This document shows, in pieces, positions 62,584 to 64,000 of a stretch of 64,000 nucleotides of DNA. Numbering within the stretch: position 1 is the stretch's first letter; every line of letters starts with the position of its first letter. Below the pieces are notes generated by a model. That model saw only the letters and a program-made list of their open reading frames with translations, searched no databases and was not told the origin of the DNA. Made by a program: the position numbers and the translations under genes. The DNA is from a virus (taxonomy: Duplodnaviria > Heunggongvirae > Uroviricota > Caudoviricetes): positions 29,227 to 93,226 of the IMG/VR virus record IMGVR_UViG_2850796239_000011. One strand, written 5' to 3'.

Positions 62584-62671
62584 TGATTTTATTTTGACTG
62601 ATAGTGACCTGTTCGTTGCAACAAATTGATAAGCAATGCTTTTTTATAATGCCAACTTAGTATAAAAAGCA
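62584..62671. other. attL (lambda P' arm plus core) at the prophage-chromosome junction
   Basis: P' arm sequence, core TTAGTATAAAAAGC (five A), then chromosomal arm AGGCTTCAACGGATTC. Confidence 0.8.
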
Positions 62672-62716
62672 GGCTTCAACGGATTCATTTTTCTATTTTA
62701 TAGCCCGGAGCAACCT

Positions 62717-64000
62717 GTGAACACATTTTCAGTTTCCCGTCTGGCGCTGGCATTGGCTTTTGGCGTGACGCTGACCGCCTGTAGCTCAACCCCGCCCGAT
62801 CAACGTCCTTCTGATCAAACCGCGCCTGGTACCTCTTCTCGCCCGATTCTGTCGGCAAAAGAAGCGCAGAATTTCGATGCTCAACACTATTTTGCATCCC
62901 TGACACCAGGTGCGGCAGCGTGGAATCCTTCCCCGATTACCCTGCCTGCGCAACCTGACTTTGTTGTCGGCCCGGCGGGCACTCAAGGTGTAACGCATAC
63001 CACGATTCAGGCGGCGGTAGATGCGGCAATTATCAAGCGTACCAACAAGCGCCAGTATATTGCCGTGATGCCTGGTGAGTATCAGGGAACGGTATATGTC
63101 CCTGCCGCTCCGGGTGGAATTACTCTGTACGGTACAGGTGAAAAACCGATTGATGTGAAGATTGGGCTTTCCCTTGATGGTGGCATGAGCCCTGTCGACT
63201 GGCGTCACGACGTCAACCCGCGCGGCAAATATATGCCAGGTAAACCAGCGTGGTATATGTACGATAGCTGCCAGAGCAAACGCAGCGACAGTATCGGTGT
63301 TCTCTGTTCTGCGGTCTTCTGGTCACAAAACAATGGCCTGCAACTGCAAAATCTGACCATCGAAAACACGCTGGGCGATAGCGTAGATGCAGGTAACCAT
63401 CCGGCGGTGGCACTGCGTACTGACGGTGACCAAGTACAGATTAACAACGTTAACATTCTCGGTCGTCAGAACACCTTCTTTGTCACCAACAGCGGTGTGC
63501 AGAACCGTCTGGAAACGAATCGTCAGCCGCGTACGCTGGTGACCAACAGCTACATTGAAGGGGATGTGGATATCGTTTCTGGTCGCGGCGCAGTGGTGTT
63601 CGATAACACCGAATTCCGCGTGGTGAACTCACGTACTCAGCAAGAAGCGTATGTGTTTGCACCGGCAACGCTGTCCAACATTTACTACGGTTTCCTCGCC
63701 GTAAACAGCCGTTTCAATGCTTTCGGTGATGGCGTGGCGCAACTGGGCCGCTCGCTGGATGTTGATGCAAATACCAACGGTCAGGTGGTGATCCGTGATA
63801 GTGCCATCAACGAAGGTTTTAACACGGCTAAACCGTGGGCCGATGCGGTGATCTCTAATCGTCCGTTTGCGGGTAATACCGGCAGCGTAGATGATAACGA
63901 CGAAATACAGCGCAATCTGAATGACACTAACTACAACCGCATGTGGGAATACAATAACCGCGGCGTGGGTAGTAAAGTGGTTGCAGAGGCGAAGAAGTAA
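62717..64000 (+). CDS. ybhC: YbhC, pectinesterase-family outer-membrane lipoprotein (chromosomal)
   Basis: 427 aa matching recalled E. coli YbhC; lipobox LTAC; GTG start. Confidence 0.9.
   Translation: MNTFSVSRLALALAFGVTLTACSSTPPDQRPSDQTAPGTSSRPILSAKEAQNFDAQHYFASLTPGAAAWNPSPITLPAQPDFVVGPAGTQGVTHTTIQAAVDAAIIKRTNKRQYIAVMPGEYQGTVYVPAAPGGITLYGTGEKPIDVKIGLSLDGGMSPVDWRHDVNPRGKYMPGKPAWYMYDSCQSKRSDSIGVLCSAVFWSQNNGLQLQNLTIENTLGDSVDAGNHPAVALRTDGDQVQINNVNILGRQNTFFVTNSGVQNRLETNRQPRTLVTNSYIEGDVDIVSGRGAVVFDNTEFRVVNSRTQQEAYVFAPATLSNIYYGFLAVNSRFNAFGDGVAQLGRSLDVDANTNGQVVIRDSAINEGFNTAKPWADAVISNRPFAGNTGSVDDNDEIQRNLNDTNYNRMWEYNNRGVGSKVVAEAKK

Larger units (their letters stand above)
18752..62671. mobile_element. 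Prophage 2: mosaic lambda-like prophage at lambda attB, apparently defective
   Basis: Lambda int/xis/red genes and attL core beside ybhC at the right end; structural genes end abruptly at 18752. Confidence 0.8.

Overview
The window is almost entirely prophage DNA in an Escherichia/Shigella-type chromosome; there is no rRNA and no CRISPR array. (1) 1..~18.7 kb is the early/immunity/integration half of a lambdoid prophage on the minus strand (Q, RusA, DnaB-like, DnaC-like, O-like initiator with iterons, two Rha-family genes, cro-like), with cI, accessory genes, xis and int on the plus strand; it continues beyond the window start. It carries two IS600 copies and one IS629. (2) ~18.75..62.67 kb is a second, mosaic lambda-like prophage integrated at the lambda attB beside ybhC. 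It has lambda int/xis/exo/bet/gam/kil/cIII/ral, a P22-type N with boxB hairpins, its own cI/cro/cII, nin genes, lambda-type Q and PR', tRNA genes, phage-21-type lysis genes and a Mu-like myovirus head/tail module. It looks defective: IS elements interrupt the terminase small subunit, tape measure and endolysin genes, several genes carry homopolymer frameshifts, and tail-fibre genes and attR are absent. (3) 62.7..64.0 kb is chromosomal ybhC. The best candidates for undescribed or accessory function are the cargo genes in the cI-OL slot of prophage 2, a TumE-like/wHTH pair antisense in prophage 1, a Gp49/XRE toxin-antitoxin pair in prophage 2, and the unknown genes of the prophage 1 leftward operon. 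All calls are from reading the sequence and recalled family knowledge; no searches were run.
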